From contig JAZQCF010000017.1 of assembly GCA_045546075.1 (NCBI GenBank), positions 10,254 through 74,253 on the forward strand: a stretch of DNA of 64,000 bases. The letters run 5' to 3'. A program made the position numbers and the translations under genes. The DNA comes from Candidatus Enterousia sp. (lineage in GTDB: Bacteria; Pseudomonadota; Alphaproteobacteria; Rs-D84). The stretch's first letter is position 1; every line of letters starts with the position of its first letter. Positions 36,510 to 45,250 of this stretch are shown in pieces. Under the pieces are notes generated by a model. It was not told the DNA's origin and searched no databases. It was given only the letters and a program-made list of their open reading frames with translations.

Positions 36510-39186
36510 AATTTAATATTCCTGTGGGAAGTTCATTTGGAATAACAGAGCAATCAACTGTATAGGAATTGTGACTGTTTATGGGGCACACCTGGTTAGT
36601 ATTGGGTTCCAGGTCGGAAGTACACCAATGATTTATGCTGGGGGCTTGGTTTCCTAAAATCATATAGAATCCACTTGATAGTGTACAACTTGCATCATTG
36701 GCGGTCGGCGCAGCCCAACTTCCATTTAATGCTACGGGGAGAACCGCCATGCATTTTTTGATTTGCCCCTGTTTGCTACGCCGGCCACCATTTTCCCAGC
36801 ACAAACAAGCACCCCATGCGTTTGTGTCAGTATTTAAAATATAATCCTTTGGACAGACATCTTCGCCCCCATCAATTATGCCATACAACGCAAAAAATGG
36901 GTTTGATGGATTTGGTGCCAACGGATTAAGATGGCATATATTCCCATTTGCGTCATCACTTGAACCATACCGGGTGTGATCGATGAATTGTGCTTCGACA
37001 AATTTGCCCTGGACGTTGGTGCATTGGGTAATAAGGCCGTCGATAATCTGGTTATAAACCTCGGTCGCGACACCGGTTGGGCGCAGGCGGCGGTTTTTGA
37101 ATTTATAATTGGAATCGGCCCAATCAATTAAACCTTCGGCATCACGCATTGCCCAACCGTACGCGAACATATTATCACTGTCGCCGGGTGTGGGCGCGGA
37201 ATATGTATATCGCCCGCCGGTTGATGATGACACATCTTCACGTTTCGCAATAACCATATCCAATCCGCCAAAGATTTCTTCGATTTGCGGGGCGCAACTT
37301 TCTATATCGGCGACCTGTTGTGCGCAGATTGATTTATAACCCGATTTCCGTATGCCGTCTTCGTCGTATTCATACAGTGTGAACCAATCCAATGCCGTTT
37401 TGGCAATATCGGTTGCGTTCAGTGTGTCAACAACGTTCGGCGTGAACAGACCACTGTTCGGGGCATAGAAGTTTTCATAATTTGTGCCGCCAAACCCATC
37501 AAAGCATTTTTGCGCCACCGCGCGGCACGCCGCCAAAGTATCTGTGTTGGTTTGGTTTTCGATATATTGCGCGATTATGTCTTCACCAAACATACCGTTA
37601 CAGGAATCTATGTAATCGCTGCACATCTGTTTGGTAAGGACGATTTTATTTGGTAATAAAGATGTTTCGTTTGTGCCGTCAATCAATGCCGCCATTGCCG
37701 CGGTTATTGCCGTTTCACGGTCTGCATAGCACGAAGATATTAAATCAAAACATCCGTTTTGTATGGTTTTAACCTTGGACTGTTGTGCATAGTATATGTC
37801 TAACAATGCCTTGTCCAGGTATTCCGCCCAAACCGTATCGGCGATTTCGGTACATTTGTTCAATGCGTCCGCCGCAAATTTTTTAGTTTTATTTTCAAAG
37901 TTTTTAAGGAACTTTTGATTGCTTGGGTTTTGTGCCAATTTTTGGTCAACCGCATCTTTGCCGAAATCAAACTTTAACAATTTTCCCAATTCGTTAAAGT
38001 TCACCACGCCTGCGATTGGTGCGCCCGTTGTTACGTCAATAAATTCCCCATTATCCAGGCATTTATGATAATTTGCGCCACACACCTGTTCACTAAGGAT
38101 TGCGGATTCAACCTCGTTTATACAGGTGGTCATATCGGATGAATTATGTTTCTTACGATTTTCAATCCGCGCCAGATCTAACATCGCATCGCCTTCACGT
38201 ATCGCGGTTTTCAATTCGCGTTTCTTGCCATCCAATGCGGTTTGAACCGTGTTACAATCTTGTTCAATCGCCATCAGGTATGCCGTTACCGCGCGTTGTA
38301 ATGATGCGTCGTTACAGTCCGCCGCAACCGCCGACCGGCACGATGGATAAACCGCATTATATAAATCGACACCGTTGTTTGATGCGATAACCTGGGCTGT
38401 GTCGTTCAGGCCGAACATATTTGCCGTATCGAATGACAGGTTTATACTGTTCAAATCCGACCATTTCCCACCAACGGTTGTATCGTCCCCACGGATAGAA
38501 TTCATAATCGCGGTAAGTAATGCCTTGGACGCGGATACATCGCGGGTCAGTGCGGATTCGCCATCGGACGCGGTGTGGATGGCGGTTGCCTGGGCCGCGG
38601 TCATACCAACCATATCCAGGTTTTCCGTGAATTCGGCCAATTTCGCGTTTGTATCGTCCAGGCTTTTCCGCGCGGCCATAATGTCCCCTATTCTGGTGCT
38701 GCATGAACAGCGGCGATATTCATCGTTCTTTAATGCACAGAATTGATCCATACATTGAAAATATGCGCTTTTACATTGATTGTATGCCGCGCCGGTACGG
38801 GTTTCCGCCATATTGTTTGCGGTTGTGTTTGTTGCGGCACGCACCGACATTGTCCCGGGTGTGATGCGCGACGCGGTGGATGTCGTTCGCGCATTTGTGG
38901 TGCCGTTGTGCGGGCGAATAACCGACGTACGTGTGCGCGTAACAGAATCTGTGCGTGGGGCGGAAATTGATAATGTGCCGGCGCGCGAAGCAACCGTTTT
39001 TTGGGCGCGTGTTTGCGCGGGTGTGCGCGTTGCGTCCACCGCAGAACGTGCGGCGGTTGGTGTGCGCGATTGTGTTGCCGTGCCCCGTCCCGGTTGGGTT
39101 GATGACACACCGTCACGCACCGCAGATAATGCGGGCGTGCAGGCCCAAAAGCCCAGAAATGCGCCAAAAATTAGAATTTTCTTCAT
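36508..39186 (-). CDS. large secreted Cys-rich protein (892 aa); its N-terminal part is paralogous to 11565-12503
   Basis: ORF trimmed to MKKILIFGAFLGFWACTPALSA (signal peptide). An Arg/Thr/Ala-rich tract is followed by CKSAYFQCMDQFC...RCSCS and a long Cys-containing domain. Confidence 0.75.
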   Translation of the reverse strand: MKKILIFGAFLGFWACTPALSAVRDGVSSTQPGRGTATQSRTPTAARSAVDATRTPAQTRAQKTVASRAGTLSISAPRTDSVTRTRTSVIRPHNGTTNARTTSTASRITPGTMSVRAATNTTANNMAETRTGAAYNQCKSAYFQCMDQFCALKNDEYRRCSCSTRIGDIMAARKSLDDTNAKLAEFTENLDMVGMTAAQATAIHTASDGESALTRDVSASKALLTAIMNSIRGDDTTVGGKWSDLNSINLSFDTANMFGLNDTAQVIASNNGVDLYNAVYPSCRSAVAADCNDASLQRAVTAYLMAIEQDCNTVQTALDGKKRELKTAIREGDAMLDLARIENRKKHNSSDMTTCINEVESAILSEQVCGANYHKCLDNGEFIDVTTGAPIAGVVNFNELGKLLKFDFGKDAVDQKLAQNPSNQKFLKNFENKTKKFAADALNKCTEIADTVWAEYLDKALLDIYYAQQSKVKTIQNGCFDLISSCYADRETAITAAMAALIDGTNETSLLPNKIVLTKQMCSDYIDSCNGMFGEDIIAQYIENQTNTDTLAACRAVAQKCFDGFGGTNYENFYAPNSGLFTPNVVDTLNATDIAKTALDWFTLYEYDEDGIRKSGYKSICAQQVADIESCAPQIEEIFGGLDMVIAKREDVSSSTGGRYTYSAPTPGDSDNMFAYGWAMRDAEGLIDWADSNYKFKNRRLRPTGVATEVYNQIIDGLITQCTNVQGKFVEAQFIDHTRYGSSDDANGNICHLNPLAPNPSNPFFALYGIIDGGEDVCPKDYILNTDTNAWGACLCWENGGRRSKQGQIKKCMAVLPVALNGSWAAPTANDASCTLSSGFYMILGNQAPSINHWCTSDLEPNTNQVCPINSHNSYTVDCSVIPNELPTGILN

Positions 39187-39251
39187 CTCTAAGCAAATGT
39201 TAGCAAAAATCATAAATTTTGGGCAAGGAAAAAATAAAATTTTTATAATAA

Positions 39252-39395
39252 AAGCCCGCACTTTTTTGTGCGGGCTTAAAAAATAAAAAAGGTCTGTCCG
39301 CCTTCGCCGCTAATCACGAATTTGTTCTTATTTTCTTGAACAATGCTACGGCGCGACACTCAAATTTTTTAAGCCCGCACTTTTTTGTGCGGGCT
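39252..39395. repeat. two identical 25-nt hairpins (AAGCCCGCAC-TTTTTT-GTGCGGGCT) 94 bp apart
   Basis: The copies lie at 39252-39277 and 39371-39395. The first has a T-run after it on the minus strand, so it is the likely terminator of the minus-strand tRNA pair. Confidence 0.75.
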
Positions 39396-39407
39396 AACAA
39401 AATTTGG

Positions 39408-39483
39408 TGGTGGAGCTGATGGGACTCAAACCCACGACCTCTACGATGCGAACGTAGCGCTCTATCAACTGAGCTACAACCCC
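39408..39483 (-). tRNA. tRNA-Ala (anticodon CGC)
   Basis: Reverse complement GGGGTTGTAGCTCAGTTGATAGAGCGCTACGTTCGCATCGTAGAGGTCGTGGGTTTGAGTCCCATCAGCTCCACCA. It has the G3:U70 identity pair and anticodon loop TTCGCAT. D-loop A19 and T-loop U56 replace the usual G19:C56. Confidence 0.88.
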
Positions 39484-39519
39484 AAAACTGCTATTGCGGC
39501 TTTGCCTTGCAAAGACGGA

Positions 39520-39604
39520 TGGTGGGCATAAGAAGACTCGAACTTCCAAGGGTCGCCCCACTAGTACCTGAAACTAGCGCGTCTACCAATTCCGCCATAT
39601 GCCC
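39520..39604 (-). tRNA. tRNA-Leu (anticodon CAG)
   Basis: The reverse complement starts GGGCATATGGCGGAATTGGTAGAC.... It has anticodon loop TTCAGGT, a long variable arm, and an encoded CCA. Confidence 0.88.
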
Positions 39605-39662
39605 AACAAAAGTTCTTTATCTTTTTGAAAAACACTTGTTCTCAAAAAGATATTTCAGACGC

Positions 39663-39754
39663 GCGCGTCTACCAGTTGTTCGCTTTGCTCACCACTCGTA
39701 TGCGCTCGGCTGCGCTTTGCTTGCCTTGCTAACTCGTACGCCGCCATATGCCCA
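39663..39754 (-). pseudogene. tRNA-Leu(CAG) 5' fragment interrupted by a 61-bp repeat insertion
   Basis: GCGCGTCTACCAgTT (39663-39677) and CGCCGCCATATGCCCA (39739-39754) match the two halves of tRNA-Leu positions 39577-39605. Between them lies a 61-nt insert with internal CGCTTTGCT...CTCGTA repeats. No anticodon or T arm follows. Confidence 0.65.
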
Positions 39755-39881
39755 CAAGGCGTTGCAAATAATAAACCAAATTTAATCATTTTGCAAGCAG
39801 AAAATGTATAGTTTTTGTTGTGTTGCGTATTTTTTTCTTGCACGGCGCGGAACATATTGATATTATAGTCTGCGTTCACAC

Positions 39882-39968
39882 GGGGATATGGCGGAATGGT
39901 AGACGCTGAGGACTTAAAATCCTTTGGTCATTGCGACCGTGTGGGTTCAAGTCCCACTATCCCCACCA
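39882..39968 (+). tRNA. tRNA-Leu (anticodon UAA)
   Basis: GGGGATATGGCGGAATGGTAGAC...; anticodon loop CTTAAAA; long variable arm; T-loop TTCAAGT; encoded CCA. Confidence 0.88.
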
Positions 39969-40027
39969 CACTTCGCCAAGGCTTCGTGCGGCAGGCAACA
40001 CTTCGCCAAGGCTTCGTGCGGCAGGCC
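39969..40027 (+). repeat. two tandem 30-nt units (CACTTCGCCAAGGCTTCGTGCGGCAGGCAA) abutting the CCA end of tRNA-Leu(UAA)
   Basis: Unit 1 spans 39969-39998 and unit 2 spans 39999-40027. The same unit follows tRNA-Val and the tRNA-Pro 3' fragment at 49808. Confidence 0.85.
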
Positions 40028-40049
40028 GTTAGGGGCGAATAAAATTTTT

Positions 40050-40126
40050 GGATGTGTAGCTCAGTTGGTTAGAGCGCTTCGTTCACATCGAAGAGGTCGT
40101 TGGTTCGAGTCCAATCACATCCACCA
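40050..40126 (+). tRNA. tRNA-Val (anticodon CAC)
   Basis: GGATGTGTAGCTCAGTTGGTTAGAGCGCTTCGTTCACATCGAAGAGGTCGTTGGTTCGAGTCCAATCACATCCACCA. Confidence 0.9.
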
Positions 40127-40185
40127 CACTTCGCCAAGGCTTCGTGTGGCAGGCAACACTTCGCCAAGGCTTCGTGTGGCAAGCC
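40127..40185 (+). repeat. two tandem 30-nt units abutting the CCA end of tRNA-Val
   Basis: CACTTCGCCAAGGCTTCGTGTGGCAGGCAA followed by CACTTCGCCAAGGCTTCGTGTGGCAAGCC. Confidence 0.85.
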
Positions 40186-40262
40186 ATTGGGTGACATAAA
40201 GTCGGGTATGGCCCGGATTTTTTTTATTCTTTGTTTTACCAAAGTGTGATATAATTGGTTGG

Positions 40263-41354
40263 ATGAGAATGTGGGGTGGTATTTTTTATGTTTGGTGTTT
40301 GGTCGTGCCGTGCGTAGTGTTGGCGCGCCCTTTGCCGGGCGTGGTGGTGCCGTTTCCAAATACACCGACAATAAATTATGAAAACGGATATTTGAATGCG
40401 ACCACATTTCCAAAAACGATTGCGGATATAAGTTTTACAGATCGAATGGCACTGGCATCCAGTGGGTACGAGCCTTTTAAGGATTTGCGGGCGTATCGTG
40501 ATTTGGTTGTCGAAGGCGAAGAGCATTTTATTGAACGCCAAATGGCATTGATGGAAATCGAACGCGTGGAAGATTATGAAAATATGGAAATTGATGAATA
40601 CTGTGACAATTATCCTTTGGATACAGAAAATTGCGATGTTTCGCCAGATATGTTGGACGGGATAATCGCGTACGCAGACGATTTTTCATATGGAACCGAA
40701 TATTCGGGGGCGACAATCGGTGGGGGCGCGGTTGTTGCGAATAATAAAACGCGTGGTGGTTCGTGCTATCCCGCGGCGCGCAGCAAAGATTTCAAAAATC
40801 AAATTTTAACAACCGGTCAATATGAACGTGTGTCCCCGGCATTTGAAAAGGCGATGATAACCGTGTTTCGTAAAGAAGGTAAATGTGGATATATTCCCGG
40901 AGACCCGTGTGGTTATACGTGTTATGGTATTGGACAAAATTGTACAGGCAAAACGTTGGGAATAAATGTCCGCAACCTGACCCGGGCGGATGCAGAAAAG
41001 ATATATTATGAACATTTCTGGAAAAAATATAATGTTGGTATGTTGCCAGATGTTATTGCGGGTGATGTTTTTTTGGCAATGATGGCCAGTGGCCCCAAGA
41101 CCGCAATAAGCCAATTTAGAGGATTTTTAGGTTTGCCGAAAAATTATAATTTGGATGAAAATGTTGTGGCCGCGGTTCAAGATTATAATGGTGATATTCA
41201 CAACAGGTGGTTGGATGTGCGCAAAAAATTCCTGGTCCAGGTTGCCGCAAGAAAATACAATAATCGTGTGTTAAAAGGTTGGATGCGCTCAATTCGTTTG
41301 AAACGTGAAAATGGGTGTCACGTTATTCCGGCGACACCCATATACAGACAATAA
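40263..41354 (+). CDS. secreted GH108-like muramidase with a C-terminal peptidoglycan-binding (PG_binding_3-like) domain and a novel N-terminal module
   Basis: The GH108 pattern FEKAMITVFRKEGKCGYIPGDPCGYTCYGIG...LTRADAEKIYYEHFW is present. The N-terminal 80 aa contain FPKTIADISFTDRMALASSGYEPFKDLRAY, which is shared with 43672-45225. Confidence 0.65.
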   Translation: MRMWGGIFYVWCLVVPCVVLARPLPGVVVPFPNTPTINYENGYLNATTFPKTIADISFTDRMALASSGYEPFKDLRAYRDLVVEGEEHFIERQMALMEIERVEDYENMEIDEYCDNYPLDTENCDVSPDMLDGIIAYADDFSYGTEYSGATIGGGAVVANNKTRGGSCYPAARSKDFKNQILTTGQYERVSPAFEKAMITVFRKEGKCGYIPGDPCGYTCYGIGQNCTGKTLGINVRNLTRADAEKIYYEHFWKKYNVGMLPDVIAGDVFLAMMASGPKTAISQFRGFLGLPKNYNLDENVVAAVQDYNGDIHNRWLDVRKKFLVQVAARKYNNRVLKGWMRSIRLKRENGCHVIPATPIYRQ

Positions 41355-41370
41355 GATACTTAAATAATTT

Positions 41371-41688
41371 TTATCGTAATCCCAATGCGCGACAGCACGC
41401 AGATGCCGCGGTTTTCCAATCGGAATATTGCTTTTCTGGGTTACGCAGGTCGCGCCAACCCTGCCATCCGGAACAATTTTTCTTGGTGCCGGTCCCGGTG
41501 CATTTTACATATCGGCGCAATGAACAAGTTTGATTTGATAACTTTCCCAAATCGGTTGTGCATTTCACAACAACGTTTTGATTCTTTGCATCTTCTTTAC
41601 CCAATTCTTTGGAAGACATAACCTGGTATGCGGATGCGGATGCGATTGTTGCAATAACTAATACAAATGCGGTAAAAAATTTTTTCAT
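41371..41688 (-). CDS. small secreted Cys-containing protein (105 aa)
   Basis: Signal peptide MKKFFTAFVLVIATIASASA; six Cys in the mature part. Last gene of the 45730-to-41371 minus-strand cluster. Confidence 0.6.
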   Translation of the reverse strand: MKKFFTAFVLVIATIASASAYQVMSSKELGKEDAKNQNVVVKCTTDLGKLSNQTCSLRRYVKCTGTGTKKNCSGWQGWRDLRNPEKQYSDWKTAASACCRALGLR

Positions 41689-41764
41689 TTTAACCCCCTG
41701 TTCTATTCATTTACATTTTATAAAATTTTTAACAAATACTCAACAGGTTTTTTGTCGGTTGTAT

Positions 41765-43669
41765 TTACTGTGCAGTGGACCAGGGTTCATCGTTCATTAC
41801 CAACCAATACAGTTCTTGGAAATCTGTACCGGGATTGCGAATAATTGGGCGCACGACGTATATATCAACATCGCACGCGTGGCGGCCGGTTTCGTCCTGA
41901 ATCTCGGTCAGGTCTTGCCAGAATTTTTGCGCAAAATCCATCGCTTGCAGGTATGCGGTATCATCATCGGCGACATTCGTCGAATCACCCGCCCACATTA
42001 ACCACATCCCATAATTTACGACATTGTCTTGACCTTCGATAGAATCAGCGGAGAGCAACAACAACGGTTTCATATCGATTCCATTTGTGAATTCGTCTGT
42101 TTCGGTGTCCGCCCAATCATAGAAACCGCCGATAATACCAATAACAAAATTCAATGCTGCCAAATCTTCGCCGACACGTGCAACGCGTCCAATGTTTCGG
42201 CGGGTGGAATGGAATAACCAATCGCGCACGCGTCCAGATGTGGATGCCTGGCGTGCGATTTTTTCTGCGCGGTCCAATGTTTTTGCCCCGCTGTGTGCAG
42301 CCTTGGCCGATTTACCCAGGTTTTTTGCCCCCGTCCATATACGCGTGATAACGTTTCCACTGCGCGCGTTTTTAAGAGTTTTTAATTCCTTGCTGTATTT
42401 AATAACGTCTTTTAACGCGTCGTATTCTTTGACATATTCGGCAACATTTTTATCGGCGCGCGCCATTTCCGCCATAGTTTTTTCGATTTCACCAATATTT
42501 TTACGATTTTGCGCGATGAATTTTTCTATTTTTTCAATATCTTCGACCTTGTCAATTCCTTGACCGGCGCGTCCAACCCGCCACATATTTTGGGACTTTA
42601 ATTTGCGTGCGTTTTCCAGTTGTTTTGCAATTTTTTCATATTTGGCCGAACCCTTGGATGCCTTGGCCAGGGCCTGTTCCAGTTTTTCTATATTGCGGAT
42701 TGATTTTGCCAAATCGTTCATATTATCAATTTCTTTGGTGTATTTTGCGACCTGTAAAGAATGGCGCAGGTATTTTTGAACCGATTCGAATTTAACCAAT
42801 GCCTTTAATGAACTGCGCAGCCTGGATGCGGTGTGTGCCGCGCGTGCGCCCTTAGATACGCCGGATAATACCGCAAAACCGCCATACGACACGACGGTCA
42901 ATGCGATATCAACAACCACCTCGACTGCGGAAATCCATTTCAGGTTTCGGTCGCCGGCAATATAGTAATTATTTTTATCGCCGTCGTGTTTTGCCGTGTG
43001 GTCGTGAATAACATTGTGAACCATAGAATTATTTGTTTTTGCGCCGATGCCGGTTTTTGTGGCGCACCAACCATCCATATTGCGCGGATATAATTTGTCT
43101 ATATTTTGTTCAACCCATTTCATTGAAACCGTATTGTTTTTGTTCGGGCCGACAAATTCGCGCAACGCGCCCGATTGGGTTACCATAACACCATACCACG
43201 CCGGTTCGGTGTTCACCCACGTGGCGTTGGCATCGGTTGATGCAACAGATGGATTTGGGTTGTTTGTGGGCAATTCGGTTTTGGTTGCCAACATAAAGCG
43301 TTGGTCCAATACACGTGGTTGGGTTTCATAATTTATTTCTATCGTGCGGCCATTTGGGAAAGTGTATTTAATTGGCATAAACAGTGTGGCGGTATCATCC
43401 GCATCCGCAATTTCCGGACAGGACAACACGGCACCCAAAGCCTCGGGCGATTGGATGACATCATAAATCCAATCGCGCACGGTTTCACGGTCGTCGTTTT
43501 TATTAACCATAAAAGAATTTTCGCGCAGCGCATTTTCAAATTCCGCCGTGGCACATTCTGTATTTACCGGTCGCGCCGCATTCAGCAATTCCGCCGTTGT
43601 GTTTATATCCCCCGCCGCAAACGCAGTAATTGGAAAGAGAAGAAAAAGCAGAACGGGCTTTAAGAGCAT
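41765..43669 (-). CDS. large secreted/membrane protein with a central coiled-coil region (634 aa, hypothetical)
   Basis: Start moved to the ATG at 43669 (MLLKPVLLFLLFPITAFA), because the ORF-track start at 43684 is a TTG. A hydrophobic segment at ISAVEVVVDIALTVVSYGGFAVL is followed by a Lys/Glu-rich coiled coil. Confidence 0.7.
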   Translation of the reverse strand: MLLKPVLLFLLFPITAFAAGDINTTAELLNAARPVNTECATAEFENALRENSFMVNKNDDRETVRDWIYDVIQSPEALGAVLSCPEIADADDTATLFMPIKYTFPNGRTIEINYETQPRVLDQRFMLATKTELPTNNPNPSVASTDANATWVNTEPAWYGVMVTQSGALREFVGPNKNNTVSMKWVEQNIDKLYPRNMDGWCATKTGIGAKTNNSMVHNVIHDHTAKHDGDKNNYYIAGDRNLKWISAVEVVVDIALTVVSYGGFAVLSGVSKGARAAHTASRLRSSLKALVKFESVQKYLRHSLQVAKYTKEIDNMNDLAKSIRNIEKLEQALAKASKGSAKYEKIAKQLENARKLKSQNMWRVGRAGQGIDKVEDIEKIEKFIAQNRKNIGEIEKTMAEMARADKNVAEYVKEYDALKDVIKYSKELKTLKNARSGNVITRIWTGAKNLGKSAKAAHSGAKTLDRAEKIARQASTSGRVRDWLFHSTRRNIGRVARVGEDLAALNFVIGIIGGFYDWADTETDEFTNGIDMKPLLLLSADSIEGQDNVVNYGMWLMWAGDSTNVADDDTAYLQAMDFAQKFWQDLTEIQDETGRHACDVDIYVVRPIIRNPGTDFQELYWLVMNDEPWSTAQ

Positions 43670-43671
43670 AC

Positions 43672-45225
43672 CTAGTTGTTCCAAGATTTGTCATATAATA
43701 TGAATGGCGGTTCGGTTGGTAGCCACTTGTTATCTGCGGTCTTTTTCATAAAGAACACCATCCAATAGCCTTTTGAATAACAGTATTTTTTTCTGTCCGC
43801 CTCGGTTAAATTATTCAATGCATTTTTGACAAGTTCTATTTGGTTTGCTGTTAATTTTTTTATCGGTCGACCAGCAGAATATTCTGTTAAAAAGCCGCCG
43901 TATGGATACACTTTTCCCGTAATGGGTTCAATCGCGTCTGTTACAAGCCCATGACCATCTTGATATTCATTCTTGAAACATTTTTTTATAGAATTTGGTT
44001 GGCTTTTATAACAACCAAAGGCCTCGCTTGGTATAGATGCCATACCAATGGACGAAACATCCGGGATTGTGTTGCCACGACATTCAAAAATCGCATATTC
44101 TTCTGTGCCGGTACTGATATTTTCCCCATCATCATCCCAACGGCCGCTGTGCCCGCTGTCTCCACTGGATTGGCCGCCGCCAAAACTGTCGCCGGTGTTG
44201 CCGATGGTACCGTCGCCGTCACCATTATCAATAATGCCCGGTTTTACACATCTATATCCGTCCATTTCATATCCGGTATTGCAAGTGCACTTGCCGTAAA
44301 ATATTTTATCATCGCGGTCGTTTGGCGAAATTGTATATGATGTTTGACAATTTGTTAATGCGGCATCTGTGCACCATGCCGAACATGTCCCGTGATTGAT
44401 GGTCGGTGTGCATGACACGGTTGCGCCCCGCCCCGTCATATATGTTTGCGGGCATCCCTTGGCACCGGCACCGACATAACTTATGTTGTGGGTCAATACC
44501 GATTTCATACGTTCATAGTATTCGTTTTCGGTTTCAAATTTGGGTGTTTTATATGCGCTTAAATCTTTATACGGTTCGTAACCCGCCGATGCGTTTGCCA
44601 TACGGTCGGTAAAAGACAAATCGTCAATCGTTTTTGGAAACGCCGCCGGTGTGACCGCCGCCGTGGCCGTTGTTTGACGTTGCAATCGTTCCAATTCCGC
44701 CGCGCGTTCATCAAATTCGGTTGTGGGGATTGTAAACGGATTTTCAATTTGGATTGATGGCGCGGTTGTTTTGGTTTGTGTTGGAACAATATTCACAATG
44801 CCCGCGGACGAATTGCCGTATGTTTTTTTATAATTTTCAAAGATTGTATCAATGTATCCACCGCACGATGTCGCAAAATTATGTCCCGGTAATTGCGACA
44901 GTTGCACCATCACATTTGGGCGCACGTCTGCGATACGCAGGTTTGAACAATTCTGTCTGTCCGCGCAATATGTTGATACCAGGTTTTGAACGATTCGGTT
45001 ACAATCGCCCGTATTCAAATCCGGCCCGGTTGCGTAAATCGGTGTTGGAAAACGTTGGTTGTACGGACTGTTTGGTGTCCAAAACGGATTTGAAGAATAT
45101 TTATTCACAGATTGAATTTCGCCGTATTTTGACATAATGTTTGGCACGTTCTGGGCCGCAAAAGCGGTCGCGCACACGCAAAGTGCCACGAACGATACCG
45201 CGAAAAATCCGTGTGTTTTATTCAA
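43672..45225 (-). CDS. secreted Cys-rich protein with an EGF-like module (517 aa, hypothetical)
   Basis: The N-terminus is MNKTHGFFAVSFVALCVCATAFAA. It contains CTCNTGYEMDGYRCV (EGF-like) and a Gly/Asp/Ser-rich linker. It shares the FPKTIxDxSFTDRMAxASxGYEPxKDLxAY module with the GH108-like protein. Confidence 0.75.
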   Translation of the reverse strand: MNKTHGFFAVSFVALCVCATAFAAQNVPNIMSKYGEIQSVNKYSSNPFWTPNSPYNQRFPTPIYATGPDLNTGDCNRIVQNLVSTYCADRQNCSNLRIADVRPNVMVQLSQLPGHNFATSCGGYIDTIFENYKKTYGNSSAGIVNIVPTQTKTTAPSIQIENPFTIPTTEFDERAAELERLQRQTTATAAVTPAAFPKTIDDLSFTDRMANASAGYEPYKDLSAYKTPKFETENEYYERMKSVLTHNISYVGAGAKGCPQTYMTGRGATVSCTPTINHGTCSAWCTDAALTNCQTSYTISPNDRDDKIFYGKCTCNTGYEMDGYRCVKPGIIDNGDGDGTIGNTGDSFGGGQSSGDSGHSGRWDDDGENISTGTEEYAIFECRGNTIPDVSSIGMASIPSEAFGCYKSQPNSIKKCFKNEYQDGHGLVTDAIEPITGKVYPYGGFLTEYSAGRPIKKLTANQIELVKNALNNLTEADRKKYCYSKGYWMVFFMKKTADNKWLPTEPPFILYDKSWNN

Positions 45226-45250
45226 TTCCCCCTATCCTTTATACGCCATA

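Noticed and set aside
38730-39286. ORFs 38730-39167 (-, alternative frame) and 38780-39286 (+) over the 5' part of the 892-aa gene
   Set aside because: This region encodes the Arg/Thr/Ala-rich low-complexity tract, whose GC-rich codons keep several frames open. Only the frame with the signal peptide and conserved Cys motif is supported.
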